Below, piece after piece: positions 23,520-34,259 of a DNA stretch of 64,000 bases. Position 1 is the first letter of the stretch. Each line of letters starts with the position of its first letter. The stretch lies in the NCBI GenBank assembly GCA_965216875.1, contig OZ244207.1, positions 544,001-608,000 on the forward strand, read 5' to 3'. The translations under genes and the position numbers were made by a program. The stretch comes from Rubripirellula sp. Lineage in GTDB: Bacteria > Planctomycetota > Planctomycetia > Pirellulales > Pirellulaceae. The notes beneath the pieces are model-generated. The model saw only the letters and a list, made by a program, of their open reading frames with translations. It was not told the origin of the DNA and searched no databases.

Positions 23520-24713
23520 ATGAGCAGTACGTCACCTTTTCGCGGTCACTGGCAACTCGATCAAGAGATCGACTTCCTAAATCACGGTTCGTTTGGTGCA
23601 ACACCAACAGTCGTGCTTGAACACCAACGTCAACAGCAAGACGCGCTCGAGAGCCAGCCGGTTCGGTTTCTCGCTCACGAACGGGAACTCGAGCCCAAAT
23701 TGGATCGGGTGCGTCAAGCCATTGGTGAACTTGTGAATGCCAGCTCTGGTGATCTCGTGTTTGTTCGCAATGCAACCGACGGAGTGAACGCAGTACTTCG
23801 TTCAATGCGACTGTCACAGGGTGACGAAATCGTGATCACGGATCACGGCTACAACGCCTGCAACAATGTCGCGCACTTTGTTGCCGAGAGAGCGGGGGCG
23901 ACCGTCAAAGTTGCGGAACTGCCGTTTCCAGTCGAATCGGACGAGCAAATCTTGCAGCAGATTCTCAATTCATTTTCTTCGCGAACCAAGGTTTTGCTGG
24001 TTGACCATGTCACCAGTGGCAGCGGGCTGGTGTTGCCAATCAAAAAGATCGTTGCCGCCGCGCATCAACAAGGCGTTCGTGTTCTTGTCGATGGAGCCCA
24101 TGCGCCGGGCATGGTCGACGTCGATCTCCAAGACCTTTGCGCCGAGTACTACACGGCCAACCATCACAAATGGTTGTGCGGCCCCAAGGTCTCGGCGTTC
24201 TTGTACGTGCGACCTGATTTGCAAGAAGAAGTGCGTCCCACGATCATCAGCCACGGGGCAAACACGTTGCGTCCAGGACGCGGGCGGTTTCATTCCGAAT
24301 TCGATTGGACCGGAACTCAAGATCCCACGCCGCTACTGGCCACGGTGCGTTCGCTCGAGTTCCTAAGAAGCTTGCGAGGTGGTTGGCAGGAACACCGCGC
24401 TGCTAATCGTCAGCTTGCGCTTGCGGCCCGGGACATCCTGATGGACAGCTTGCAGATTTCGAGGCCAGCACCCGACCACATGATTGGCAGTATGGCCAGT
24501 CTTCCTCTTCCTGCTGGCGACTCGCTGGAACCGGGAAAAGTCGATCCACTTCAAGTTTGTTTGTATCAGCAGCACCAGATTGAGGTGCCGGTTTTTCGGG
24601 TAACATGTGCCCAAACCCGTGTCGTTCGTGTGTCATGCCAAGCCTACAACAGTCTCGATCAATACCAGCGGCTTGCCGATGCCTTGAAGGCTGAGCGAGC
24701 GGTTGGATGTTGA
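23520..24713 (+). CDS. Class V PLP aminotransferase (isopenicillin N epimerase-like)
   Basis: LNHGSFGA, NATDGVN, LVDGAHAPG, ANHHKWLCGP. Confidence 0.9.
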   Translation: MSSTSPFRGHWQLDQEIDFLNHGSFGATPTVVLEHQRQQQDALESQPVRFLAHERELEPKLDRVRQAIGELVNASSGDLVFVRNATDGVNAVLRSMRLSQGDEIVITDHGYNACNNVAHFVAERAGATVKVAELPFPVESDEQILQQILNSFSSRTKVLLVDHVTSGSGLVLPIKKIVAAAHQQGVRVLVDGAHAPGMVDVDLQDLCAEYYTANHHKWLCGPKVSAFLYVRPDLQEEVRPTIISHGANTLRPGRGRFHSEFDWTGTQDPTPLLATVRSLEFLRSLRGGWQEHRAANRQLALAARDILMDSLQISRPAPDHMIGSMASLPLPAGDSLEPGKVDPLQVCLYQQHQIEVPVFRVTCAQTRVVRVSCQAYNSLDQYQRLADALKAERAVGC

Positions 24714-25091
24714 TCGCGCCATAGCGTGGTGGCGGTCGACGCGGTTTGCGATGGAGAAGTCTGCCCGCAGGAGGTTTCCGGCTCATTGCCCGGCAACCCG
24801 CTGAATAGAAACAAAAATGGCCAATGCCGTTCCACGTCTGCCCTCCCTGCATTGTACTTTATCTGTGCTGCGTCCTGCAGCACCAGAGTTACATGGTTCG
24901 GCATTGGCCTATTCCAAAGCAAGGCTGATGATCAGTCCGTTGTTCCTGCTGCCGTCCATGGCTTGGTAAGCTTCATCAAACTTGCCTCGGAATACCCACA
25001 TGTTAACGTTTCTCCAAATACGCAAAACCATCATAAACGTGCAAAGCAATGCGGGTTGCCGCGGTAGCCACGCGATCACGTTCGGAGTCGC

Positions 25092-26135
25092 TTGGTGTTA
25101 GGAATCTGCTTTGAGGAAGTGCGCAGTGTTGCACTTGCGCATGTCGATGATCCAACGATTGAGTCATCACGCGATGCGATCGTCAAGGTTGACCTAGCGG
25201 GACTTTGCGGAAGCGACCTGCATCCTTTCTTTGGACGTGAAGTTGGGATTGATGTTGGCACGGTGATGGGACACGAGTTCGTTGGGACGGTTGTCGAAAC
25301 CGGAAGTGACGTTCGCAAGGTTTGCCAAGGCGATCGCGTCTGCGCACCCTTCACAACGAATTGTGGCGAGTGCTTCTACTGTCGCGCAGGACTCACAGCG
25401 CGATGTGTGGAAGGTCAGTTGTTTGGCTGGCGACAACAGAGCGTGGGATTGCATGGCGGTCAGTCACAACTGGTTCGCGTCCCGCTTGCCGATGGGACGT
25501 TGTTGAAAATCCCCGACGCGGTTTCCAGTGAAGATGCCTTGTTGCTTGGAGACAACTTGAGCACCGGCGAATATGCCGCCGAACTTGCTGAGGTTTCACC
25601 TGGAAACACGTATGCCGTTGTTGGCTGTGGGACAGTAGGACTGTTGGCAGTGATGTCGTCGGTCGCGCGTGGCGCAAATGTGGTTGCGATTGATCCCAAT
25701 CCGTCACGCGCTGCACTGGCAACAAAGCTCGGCGCGCACGCTTTCACCGATGCGGACGAAGCCGCAGAAATAATTGCGTCGCAGACCGACGGGCGTGGGG
25801 CCGACGGCGTGATGGAGCTTGTAGGCCTTCCTGATGCTCAATCGCTCGCCTATCGCTTGCTTCGTCCGGGCGGAATTTTGTCGGTCATCGGGTGTCACTG
25901 TACCCCCAATTTTGCCTTCAGCCCGGCCGATGCTTACGACAAGAACTTGACCTACCGAACGGGGCGTTGCCCTGCTCGACATCAAATGAGCACGCTTGTC
26001 GATTCGCTTTCGCGGGGCCAACTTGACCTGTCCTGGTGCATCACTCATCAGTTCTCGATCGAGCAAGCGGTGGAAGCGTACGATACGTTCGCTTACGGAA
26101 AAGATGGCTGCATCAAGGCGGTTGTTCGTTTTTAG
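25092..26135 (+). CDS. Zinc-dependent alcohol dehydrogenase family protein
   Basis: CGSDLH, GHEFVG, CGECFYC...C, GCGTVG. Confidence 0.92.
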   Translation: MVLGICFEEVRSVALAHVDDPTIESSRDAIVKVDLAGLCGSDLHPFFGREVGIDVGTVMGHEFVGTVVETGSDVRKVCQGDRVCAPFTTNCGECFYCRAGLTARCVEGQLFGWRQQSVGLHGGQSQLVRVPLADGTLLKIPDAVSSEDALLLGDNLSTGEYAAELAEVSPGNTYAVVGCGTVGLLAVMSSVARGANVVAIDPNPSRAALATKLGAHAFTDADEAAEIIASQTDGRGADGVMELVGLPDAQSLAYRLLRPGGILSVIGCHCTPNFAFSPADAYDKNLTYRTGRCPARHQMSTLVDSLSRGQLDLSWCITHQFSIEQAVEAYDTFAYGKDGCIKAVVRF

Positions 26136-26215
26136 GTTCAACATTGCCAGCTCGCCGTCAGGTATCATGCGTGACGCCTTTTCCATCGCCATTGGTCATC
26201 GATTGAGGTCTCGCC

Positions 26216-27589
26216 GTGCTCTGCCTGCCTTCTTTGCGTTGCCTTCCGAAGCAACGTCTCGCTGTTTGGAACTTCGTCGTGATAGCCGCTTTGGGTGGCT
26301 TCGTTTCGTCTGTCGCCAACGCACAATCGCGTGAAGAGAAAGTACGCGAGGATCGAAAACGTGTCGTTGCCGATGGTTTTTGGATGTACAACGACATCTC
26401 CGGCGCGATGTCCAAAGCGAAAGCGAGCGGCAAGCCTGTCCTTGTCGTGTTGCGATGTATCCCTTGTGAAGAATGCGTCAAGCTTGATGATGACTTGGTC
26501 GACAAGGATCCCGTCATTCGCCCGCTGCTCGAGCAATACGTTTGTGTTCGACAGGTTTCGACCAACGGATTGGACCTCGACCTTTTTCAATACGACACAG
26601 ATCAATCGTTTGCTGTCTTCATGCTCAACGCCGACGGAACGATCTACGGTCGCTTCGGAACACGGTCGCATCAAACGGAGTGGTTTGGCGACGTCTCACT
26701 GAAGGGACTCGCAGCGAGTTTGAAAGGTGGCTTGGAATTGCACGCCAAGTACGATTCGGTGAAAGCGTCTCTGGCCGGCAAACGTGGCGAACCGCTCGAA
26801 TTCAAGTCGCCCGAGAAGTACCCCTCGCTTAAAGACAAGTTTACCGATGCCTTGAATTACAAAGGCAACGTGGTCAAGAGCTGCATTCATTGCCACCAGA
26901 TTGGCGACGCGCGCCGAGAGTATTACCTCGGTCAGGGCAAACCGATTCCCGACGACCTGTTCTTTCCTTACCCGCATCCCAAAGCGATCGGCTTGATCAT
27001 GGACGCCGACACCAAAGCGACTGTGAAGTCGGTTCGCAGCGGATCGATCGCCGAAACGGGAGGATTCCAGCCCGGCGACCAAATCGCGTCGCTCGATGGC
27101 CAGCCCATCCTATCGATCGCCGATGTCCAATGGGTGCTCAATGGCAAGAATCCCGAGGGTGATTCGGTAAAGGTTGTGATTTCTCGTGACGACGTTTTGG
27201 CCGACTTCGAGATTCGGTTGCCAAACGGTTGGCGACGTGCGGATGACATTTCATGGCGTGTTTCGACTTGGCCGTACCGTCGCATGGTGACTGGCGGCAT
27301 GCTGCTTGTCCCCGTCGACGACGAGCAGCGTCGCGAGCTGGGGCTGTCACAAACGGCAATGGCGCTGCGAGTGAAACACCTTGGGCAATACGGTGCCCAC
27401 GCAGCGGCCAAACGAGCTGGCTTCAAGAAAGAGGACGTGCTGGTTTCCTTTGACGGTCGCAGTGATCTGGAAAGCGAGCCAGCTTTGATGCACTACGCAT
27501 TGAGTAACCGAAAGCCCGGCCAACGAGTCGACGTGGTTGTGCGTCGTGGCCGCGAATCAAAAACGCTGCGGTTGCCGATTCAGAAATAG
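26216..27589 (+). CDS. Thioredoxin-like (Trx7)/PDZ domain protein
   Basis: [14 protein letters not shown], two PDZ-like segments. Confidence 0.8.
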   Translation: MLCLPSLRCLPKQRLAVWNFVVIAALGGFVSSVANAQSREEKVREDRKRVVADGFWMYNDISGAMSKAKASGKPVLVVLRCIPCEECVKLDDDLVDKDPVIRPLLEQYVCVRQVSTNGLDLDLFQYDTDQSFAVFMLNADGTIYGRFGTRSHQTEWFGDVSLKGLAASLKGGLELHAKYDSVKASLAGKRGEPLEFKSPEKYPSLKDKFTDALNYKGNVVKSCIHCHQIGDARREYYLGQGKPIPDDLFFPYPHPKAIGLIMDADTKATVKSVRSGSIAETGGFQPGDQIASLDGQPILSIADVQWVLNGKNPEGDSVKVVISRDDVLADFEIRLPNGWRRADDISWRVSTWPYRRMVTGGMLLVPVDDEQRRELGLSQTAMALRVKHLGQYGAHAAAKRAGFKKEDVLVSFDGRSDLESEPALMHYALSNRKPGQRVDVVVRRGRESKTLRLPIQK

Positions 27590-27674
27590 CAGCAAGGCGT
27601 CCGAACCTTTTGCGTGTGGTCGATGTCCACTCATACGATTGGACATTTCATTTCGCGCAAAAGTGAGGGCCTGT

Positions 27675-27896
27675 TTGGCAAAGCAAGAAGAACCTTTCAT
27701 CGTCAGCGGCGTCGTGACCGACGCGTTGGCCAACGCACGATTTCAAGTGCAACTCGAAACAGGCGCCATCGTCTTGGCCCATCTCTCGGGCAACATTCGC
27801 CGCTTCCACATCAAAGTCGTTCCGGGCGACAACGTCGACGTCGAACTGTCACCCTATGACCTGGAACGTGGACGCATCGTCTATCGAAAACGTTAA
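27675..27896 (+). CDS. infA: Translation initiation factor IF-1
   Basis: TTG start; [13 protein letters not shown]...[38 protein letters not shown]. Confidence 0.93.
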   Translation: MAKQEEPFIVSGVVTDALANARFQVQLETGAIVLAHLSGNIRRFHIKVVPGDNVDVELSPYDLERGRIVYRKR

Positions 27897-27919
27897 GGCA
27901 AGGTCGTTGAATGTGCTGC

Positions 27920-28654
27920 TTAGGCTTGGGCCTGGATTGCCCGATGTTCGCGCCACATGATCCATGCCGTTAGTCCGACGGCAGCAAACGCGGCTTGGGG
28001 CGTCCAGCAAATGAAGATGCCCAGCAACACCTTGTCAAATTCGATGTCAAGGACGCTGCCAAGCGTAATGGCGACGGCGATCATCACAATGGTTGCCGGT
28101 GTAATGATGGCAACGCGCTGTTGCCAGGTGAGTCGCTTGGGCAAGTAGGCAAACAAGACCAATGCGAGTGGTCCAAAAAGGTAGATTCCCGCAAGGACTT
28201 CGACCCTCGGTGTGAAGGATCGTACCAGTGCAGCCGAGACTGCCGCGAGAACGGTGGTGATCAACAGGCCGCGCAGAGAGAATTGCAGTTTGACTTGCTG
28301 TTTTGATTGGCCGCGGAACCTCTCCATGATGCGATTCAGCTCGGGACGCTTCCAAATCGCCAACGCTCCGATTGCAAGTCCCGCTGCAATGCCGATCGCA
28401 ATGTTGGTCACAAAAGGACCGACCAACAAAGGGTGAGATCCATAACCGAAACCTTCTTCCCAAACCGTTAGCGGGAATCCGATCGCTTCATCGTTGGGCT
28501 CGCGGCTGCCCAGTAGACTGCCCCAACCGCTCGAGCGAAAGAAAAACGACAACGCATTGAGCGATCCAAGGATTAACGCCCCAACGACGACGCCGCGGAA
28601 CATCCAAGCGACCGCACTGTCGGGATCTCGCTTTTTTGACGCCATCGAAACCAC
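27920..28654 (-). CDS. Hypothetical membrane protein
   Basis: Several TM helices; LQFSLRGLLI motif common in planctomycete membrane proteins. Confidence 0.75.
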   Translation of the reverse strand: MVSMASKKRDPDSAVAWMFRGVVVGALILGSLNALSFFFRSSGWGSLLGSREPNDEAIGFPLTVWEEGFGYGSHPLLVGPFVTNIAIGIAAGLAIGALAIWKRPELNRIMERFRGQSKQQVKLQFSLRGLLITTVLAAVSAALVRSFTPRVEVLAGIYLFGPLALVLFAYLPKRLTWQQRVAIITPATIVMIAVAITLGSVLDIEFDKVLLGIFICWTPQAAFAAVGLTAWIMWREHRAIQAQA

Positions 28655-28989
28655 GCCCCAAGAAAAGAAAGAGGAGATGGTGGTTCTACGGTTTGTAACC
28701 AGAATGGTTCACTGCCGAGCAGTTGGTGTCTCCGTGCCATAGTGCTGTGGATTGCAACCTTGCTGCCACCAGAGCAACTTCTTACGCAGTTTGCCGGTGC
28801 CCGTGAGCCGTCAGGCCTCGGGCCCTTGCCGACGCGCAGCGAGCGTGAAGGCGATTAAGGCCCGGCCGCCTACGCGATCGCGGCTCAGTTGTGTGTGAAA
28901 TCCGTAGCCCTAGCCGGAGTCTTGCCCCATTCAGCCAAAGTGCGGGACCACGAACGGTGGTGATCGCCTATTCGTGCGAATAGGTCGGG

Positions 28990-30414
28990 CTATGCCAACA
29001 CGCCTTGCACGGGTGCGGCCGGTTCGACTCCGGTCAAACGCATGTCGAGGCCTTGGTATTTGTAGGCGAATCGTTGGTGGTCGATGCCCAATAGATGAAG
29101 CATCGTTGCATGCAGGTCGCGCACGTGCACGACATCTTCGCTTGCGTGGTATCCAAGCTCGTCGGTCGCACCATGGCTGTGCCCCGCTTTGACGCCGCCA
29201 CCAGCCATCCACATTGAGAATCCTTTGATGTGGTGGTCCCGTCCGGCGCCGCCCTTGCCTTGGAACATCGGCGTGCGCCCGAATTCACCACCCCAAATGA
29301 TCAGCGTATCCTTGAGCATGTCGCGTTGCTTAAGGTCTTGGATCAGCGCGTAGGTTGGCTTGTCGGTCAATCCACAGCAGACGTCCATGTATTGTTTGAG
29401 TCCGCCGTGATGATCCCACCCGCGATGGTAGAGATGAATGAAGCGGACACCACGTTCGGCAAGACGTCGTGCCAGCAAGCAGTTTGATGCGTACGAGCCA
29501 TCACCGGGCTTTGCACCATACATGTCAAGGATGTGTTGTGGCTCGTCCGAAACATCGGCCAATTCAGGAACGGACGCTTGCATGCGAAACGCCATTTCGT
29601 ACGTCGACAGGCGCGTGTCGATCTCGGGGTCACCTGTGGTGGATTGGCGATGTTGGTTCAGTTTTCCGATCGTGTCGATCAATCGGCGTTGTTGGTCTCG
29701 CGAAACACCGTGCGGCAGGTCGACGTAATTGACGGGGCTTCCGCTGCTATTGAACTCGACGCCCTGGTAACGGCTCGGCAAGAAACCGGCGCCCCATTGT
29801 CGCGAAGCGATCGGTTGCGGGTTGCGACCACCGACGCTGGTGAGCACCACAAAGCCGGGCAAGTTTTCGCTTTCACTTCCCAGGCCATAGGTGATCCACG
29901 ATCCCATCGAAGGTCGACCGCTGATGGCCGTGCCCGTGTTCATGAAGGTGTGTGCGGGATCGTGATTGATCTGTTCGGTCACCATCGACTTCACGATGCA
30001 CAGATCGTCGGCCATCTTTTGATGCCACGGCAAAAAATCGCTAATCGTCTGACCGCTTTGCCCATACTGGCCAAATTTGGTCAGCGGACCTTGGCACTTG
30101 AGTTGTTGGCCCTGCAGCTGGGCGATCGGTTGCCCTTTGGTGTACGACTCGGGCATCGGTTGGCCATCGAGCTTTTCCAAAGCCGGCTTGTAGTCAAACG
30201 TTTCGAGGTGTGACGGGCCGCCGGCCATACACAGGAAGATGACCCGTTTGACCTTTGGAGTGAGATGTGGCAACCCGTCGCGGCCAGGACGATTGGCATC
30301 GCTAAACGACGCACTCGACTCTTTTGCAAGAAGCGAGGCGAGGGCGGCGCTGCCGAGCCCGACACCCGTGCGAGACAGGAATGTACGACGATTTGCGTGA
30401 TCAAAATTTTGCAT
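28990..30414 (-). CDS. DUF1501 domain protein
   Basis: Tat-like NRRTFL, MAGGPSHLETFD, WDHH, WGGEFGRTP. Confidence 0.92.
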   Translation of the reverse strand: MQNFDHANRRTFLSRTGVGLGSAALASLLAKESSASFSDANRPGRDGLPHLTPKVKRVIFLCMAGGPSHLETFDYKPALEKLDGQPMPESYTKGQPIAQLQGQQLKCQGPLTKFGQYGQSGQTISDFLPWHQKMADDLCIVKSMVTEQINHDPAHTFMNTGTAISGRPSMGSWITYGLGSESENLPGFVVLTSVGGRNPQPIASRQWGAGFLPSRYQGVEFNSSGSPVNYVDLPHGVSRDQQRRLIDTIGKLNQHRQSTTGDPEIDTRLSTYEMAFRMQASVPELADVSDEPQHILDMYGAKPGDGSYASNCLLARRLAERGVRFIHLYHRGWDHHGGLKQYMDVCCGLTDKPTYALIQDLKQRDMLKDTLIIWGGEFGRTPMFQGKGGAGRDHHIKGFSMWMAGGGVKAGHSHGATDELGYHASEDVVHVRDLHATMLHLLGIDHQRFAYKYQGLDMRLTGVEPAAPVQGVLA

Positions 30415-30425
30415 GGCTATTGCGT

Positions 30426-32780
30426 TTAGTTCCGTGTCACGGTTTCGTACATGTTCAGCAGCGCCCGGCAAACGCTTGTCCAGGCGGCAAGTTCAATCGT
30501 TGCGTTTGGGTCATCGTCGACATCAATAGTTGATGATCGAGTGAGCTTGGTCGCTTCGTCAGTGTGCTCGCGATAGAAGCTTCGTTCTTTGGCAAGCAGC
30601 GTGGCAAGCGTTTCTCGTTCAACCGCATCGGGCGTTCGCGATGTTGCCTGCTGGAACAGATGCGAAAGCCGAGCGTCGTCATTGTGGTTTGCACTGGTCG
30701 AGGCCATCGCAATCGCGGCTTCGATCATCGTTGGGTCATTGAGCAGAACGAGTGCTTCGAGCGGCGTGTTGGACCGAGGTCGCTGGGCAGTGCACTCCTC
30801 GCGGCTTGGTGCGTCCATTGCTTTGAGCATTGGGTGCAGGAATTGACGTTGCCAGTGCACATAGACGCCGCGGCGCCATTGACGCTGGTCCGCGTGCGGT
30901 GCGTAAACACGTTTGGGAAAGTTCAGGTGTCGATAATAGCGAGCGGGTTGATATGGTTTGACGCTCGCCCCGCCCACTTCGCGAACAAGCAGACCGCTGA
31001 TGTCGATCGCGTTGTCACGCACCATTTCGGCGGGCATGCGAAACCGCGACTGTCGAGCAAACCATTGGTTTTCAGGGTCCGACTCAAGTTGCTGCTGCGG
31101 CGCAATCGACGATTGTTGATACGTTCTTGAAAGGACGAGCCGACGCAGCATGCGTTTGATGTCCCAGCCGCTATCGATAAAGTCGATGGCAAGTTGGTCG
31201 AGCAGTTCGGGATGCGTGGGCGGTTGGCCCTGGCCACCAAAATCAGCAAGTGACGTGGAGAGGCCGCGGCCGAAGGTCAAGTACCAAAGACGGTTCACAA
31301 AGACGCGAGCGGTCAATCCGCCGACGCCCTCTTCGGCATCAGTCAACCACTTGGCCAAGTCCATGCGATTTGCACGTCGGTCGAGCGGTGGAAGCCCTTT
31401 CATGAACGCCGGTACCGACGGCAGCATCACGGGGCCACTGTCATCAAGCCAATTGCCTCGCGGCAGGAATCGAATCTCACGCGGCTCGACCGGTTGGCTG
31501 ATCATCACCATCCGTTTTGATTTTTCAATACGGTCGCGTTCGGCTTTCCAGTCGCCAAGCTGATCTCGAATCGCTTGGTCATCCGCTTTCTTGAGTTCCG
31601 CCTCGGCATCGGCGATCTTCGCGTCGAGTGTTTCGGCGAGTTCGCGTTGCCATCGACTCAATACGGCGATTTCTGGAGGACGCTTGGTCGGCAACGCGTT
31701 GGTGCCAACTTTGAAGTGCTTTGCTTCGTCGATGTCTGCGAAAAAGGCAGCCATCGAATAAAAGTCTTCGGAAGTGTAGGGGTCGTACTTGTGGTCGTGG
31801 CATTGACTGCAACCGAGCGTTGCCCCCATCCAAACTTCCGAAAGGTTGCGAATCCGATCGGCCGAATAGATCGCAAGGTACTCTTTGGCTTGCACGCCAC
31901 CTTCATGCGACGTTTGCAGCAGTCGGTTGTAGCCGCTGGCGATCAGTTGATCCGTCGTCGCGTCATCGTGCAAATCACCAGCAAGTTGTTCGCGAGTGAA
32001 TTGATCCAGACGCATGTTGGCATTGAACGCATCGATCACATAGTCACGATAGGGCGACACGTTGTGGTCTTGGTCACCGTGATAGCCAACGGTGTCGGCG
32101 AACCGAACCAAATCCAACCAATAGATTGCCATCCGTTCGCCGTAGGCTGACGATGCAAGGAGTTGATCGACAATTCGACGATAGTTGCGTTGTGACGGGT
32201 CGTTCACGAAACGCTCAACCATGTCCTGGCTTGGCGGCAGGCCGGTCAGGTCGAAAGCGACACGTCGGATGAGCGTCACCGGGTCGGCATCATCGGCAGG
32301 TGAAAGACCCTCGCTGTCGATCGCACGCAGAATAAAATGATCGAGCGGATCACGTGGCCAAGTTGGATCGGCGACTTCAGGGATGGCGTGATGTTTTGGT
32401 TCCGCGTAGGCCCAGTAGGGTTCGTAGCGAGCGCCCTCGGATACCCAACGACGTAACAAACTGATTTGTTCTTCGGTAAGTTTCTTACCCGTGTGCGGGG
32501 GCGGCATGATCAGATCATGGTCGCTTGAAGTGATCCGTGCGATCACTTCACTTTCATCGACCTCGCCGGGAACAATCGCATATTCCTTGGCGTCCTCTTC
32601 GACGTCCAATCGCAGATCGGCTTCACGGTGAGACGGGTCGGGACCGTGGCAATAGAAACAGGCGTCGGAAAGGATCGGACGAATGTCTCGGTTGAACGAG
32701 AGTTCGTCTGCCTGAATGTTTTGAGTTGAGAGCGTGCACCACAGCAATGCGGTAGCAACTAGGAACAGGCGTTTCATCAA
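30426..32780 (-). CDS. PSD1/planctomycete cytochrome C (DUF1549/DUF1553) protein
   Basis: FNRDIRPILSDACFYCHGPD, CSQCHDHKYDP, PTHPELLD. Confidence 0.92.
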   Translation of the reverse strand: MMKRLFLVATALLWCTLSTQNIQADELSFNRDIRPILSDACFYCHGPDPSHREADLRLDVEEDAKEYAIVPGEVDESEVIARITSSDHDLIMPPPHTGKKLTEEQISLLRRWVSEGARYEPYWAYAEPKHHAIPEVADPTWPRDPLDHFILRAIDSEGLSPADDADPVTLIRRVAFDLTGLPPSQDMVERFVNDPSQRNYRRIVDQLLASSAYGERMAIYWLDLVRFADTVGYHGDQDHNVSPYRDYVIDAFNANMRLDQFTREQLAGDLHDDATTDQLIASGYNRLLQTSHEGGVQAKEYLAIYSADRIRNLSEVWMGATLGCSQCHDHKYDPYTSEDFYSMAAFFADIDEAKHFKVGTNALPTKRPPEIAVLSRWQRELAETLDAKIADAEAELKKADDQAIRDQLGDWKAERDRIEKSKRMVMISQPVEPREIRFLPRGNWLDDSGPVMLPSVPAFMKGLPPLDRRANRMDLAKWLTDAEEGVGGLTARVFVNRLWYLTFGRGLSTSLADFGGQGQPPTHPELLDQLAIDFIDSGWDIKRMLRRLVLSRTYQQSSIAPQQQLESDPENQWFARQSRFRMPAEMVRDNAIDISGLLVREVGGASVKPYQPARYYRHLNFPKRVYAPHADQRQWRRGVYVHWQRQFLHPMLKAMDAPSREECTAQRPRSNTPLEALVLLNDPTMIEAAIAMASTSANHNDDARLSHLFQQATSRTPDAVERETLATLLAKERSFYREHTDEATKLTRSSTIDVDDDPNATIELAAWTSVCRALLNMYETVTRN

Positions 32781-32870
32781 TCGTGACGATGGTTGGTTGG
32801 TGGCCAGGGACTCGTTAGCACTTTCGCAGCTGGGGCTTCGTGCGGCGCGCCGCCCGTTCGAGCAATCGGA

Positions 32871-34259
32871 TCAAGCAATCAGTTCTTCGATCGCTTTGCC
32901 CCCAAACTGGCTCAATTGTTTGAACCGCCCTGCATGGTAGTACGTCAGCTTATTGTCGTCCAAACCTAAAAGACGCAACAAGGTGACGTGAAAGTCTCGA
33001 ATGTGATGAACGTTTTCGACGGCCTTTTCGCCAATTTCGTCGGTTGCACCGATCGTATGCCCCGCGTTGCACCCCCCGCCAGCCATCCAAACGGTCATGG
33101 CGTCGGGGTTGTGGTCGCGTCCGTAGGCAACGCCGCCCGCCCGCACGCCGTTGTCGGGGGTGCGTCCAAATTCGCCCATCCACACGATCAGCGTCTCGTC
33201 CAGAAGGCCACGGCTGCGCAGATCCTTGATCAATGCAGCGATGGGGCGGTCGACGCGTGGGATCAACGCCCCATGAGCCTTTTCGATGTAGTCATGTGAA
33301 TCCCATGTGCTGGCGTAGAGCTGAACAAACCGTACACCTTTTTCGACAAGTTTGCGGGCGAGCAAACAGCGCCGCGCGAAATTGTCCGTCGGCTCGACGC
33401 CAACGCCATAGGCATCAAGCGTTTCCTTGGTTTCATCAGCGATGCTCAGCGTGTCGGGTACTTCCATTTGCATTCGAAACGCAAGTTCATAATTTTGCAT
33501 TCTCGCTGCCAGATCGTCGTGATCGGGGTGCCGCTGGGCATGTTGCCGGTTGAGTTGTTGAAGGAAGTCCAGGTTCTTGCGTTGATGTTCGCGCGTGATG
33601 CCTTTGGGTGGTTGAATGTCAAGGATCGGTGATCCTTTGGAACGCAGTGGTGTGCCTTGTAACGCGGTTGGCAAAAAGCCGTTTGACCAGTTTGCGGCGC
33701 CACCCTGTGGGTAGGCCAGTTCAGGCAGCACGATGAATCCGGGCAAGTCTTCGTTTTCGCTGCCGAGGCCATAGTTGACCCACGCGCCGATGGAGGGATC
33801 GCCCCCAAAACGATTCCCTGTATTGACGTGATAGTTGGCTGTCGGATGGTTGACCGATTCGACTTGGCAACCGCGATAAAAGCAAAGTTCGTCAGCAACG
33901 CCCGCGAGGTGTTCCCACAGGACGCACATGTCGGCACCACTTTCGCCCGCTTTGCGAAAATCGAAAGGGCTCTGTACGTAGTAACGACTACCGCTACTCA
34001 TCGCCGACTGTTTGTCACCAGAACGTTGGAACTTCTTGAGGTGCTGTCGTTTGAGTTCTGGCTTGGGATCAAAGGTGTCGATGTGCGACGGTCCACCTTC
34101 CATGTATAAGAAGATGCAGTGCTTGGCCTTCGCTTTCGGAAAGTGGGCAACCCGGGGCGCATGCTCGTCGGCAGCGGCCAGCATCGATGTGAATGCCGTC
34201 GCGCCCAAACTCGATCCAAGTCCGTACAAAAAGTCTCGGCGAAGCATCTCTTGGCCCAA
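32871..34259 (-). CDS. DUF1501 domain protein
   Basis: RRDFL, MEGGPSHIDTFDPKP, WDSH, GEFGRTP. Confidence 0.92.
   Translation of the reverse strand: MGQEMLRRDFLYGLGSSLGATAFTSMLAAADEHAPRVAHFPKAKAKHCIFLYMEGGPSHIDTFDPKPELKRQHLKKFQRSGDKQSAMSSGSRYYVQSPFDFRKAGESGADMCVLWEHLAGVADELCFYRGCQVESVNHPTANYHVNTGNRFGGDPSIGAWVNYGLGSENEDLPGFIVLPELAYPQGGAANWSNGFLPTALQGTPLRSKGSPILDIQPPKGITREHQRKNLDFLQQLNRQHAQRHPDHDDLAARMQNYELAFRMQMEVPDTLSIADETKETLDAYGVGVEPTDNFARRCLLARKLVEKGVRFVQLYASTWDSHDYIEKAHGALIPRVDRPIAALIKDLRSRGLLDETLIVWMGEFGRTPDNGVRAGGVAYGRDHNPDAMTVWMAGGGCNAGHTIGATDEIGEKAVENVHHIRDFHVTLLRLLGLDDNKLTYYHAGRFKQLSQFGGKAIEELIA

Noticed and set aside
26216..27589. Selenoprotein recoding in the Trx7/PDZ gene
   Set aside because: The ORF is open with Cys codons; no in-frame TGA.
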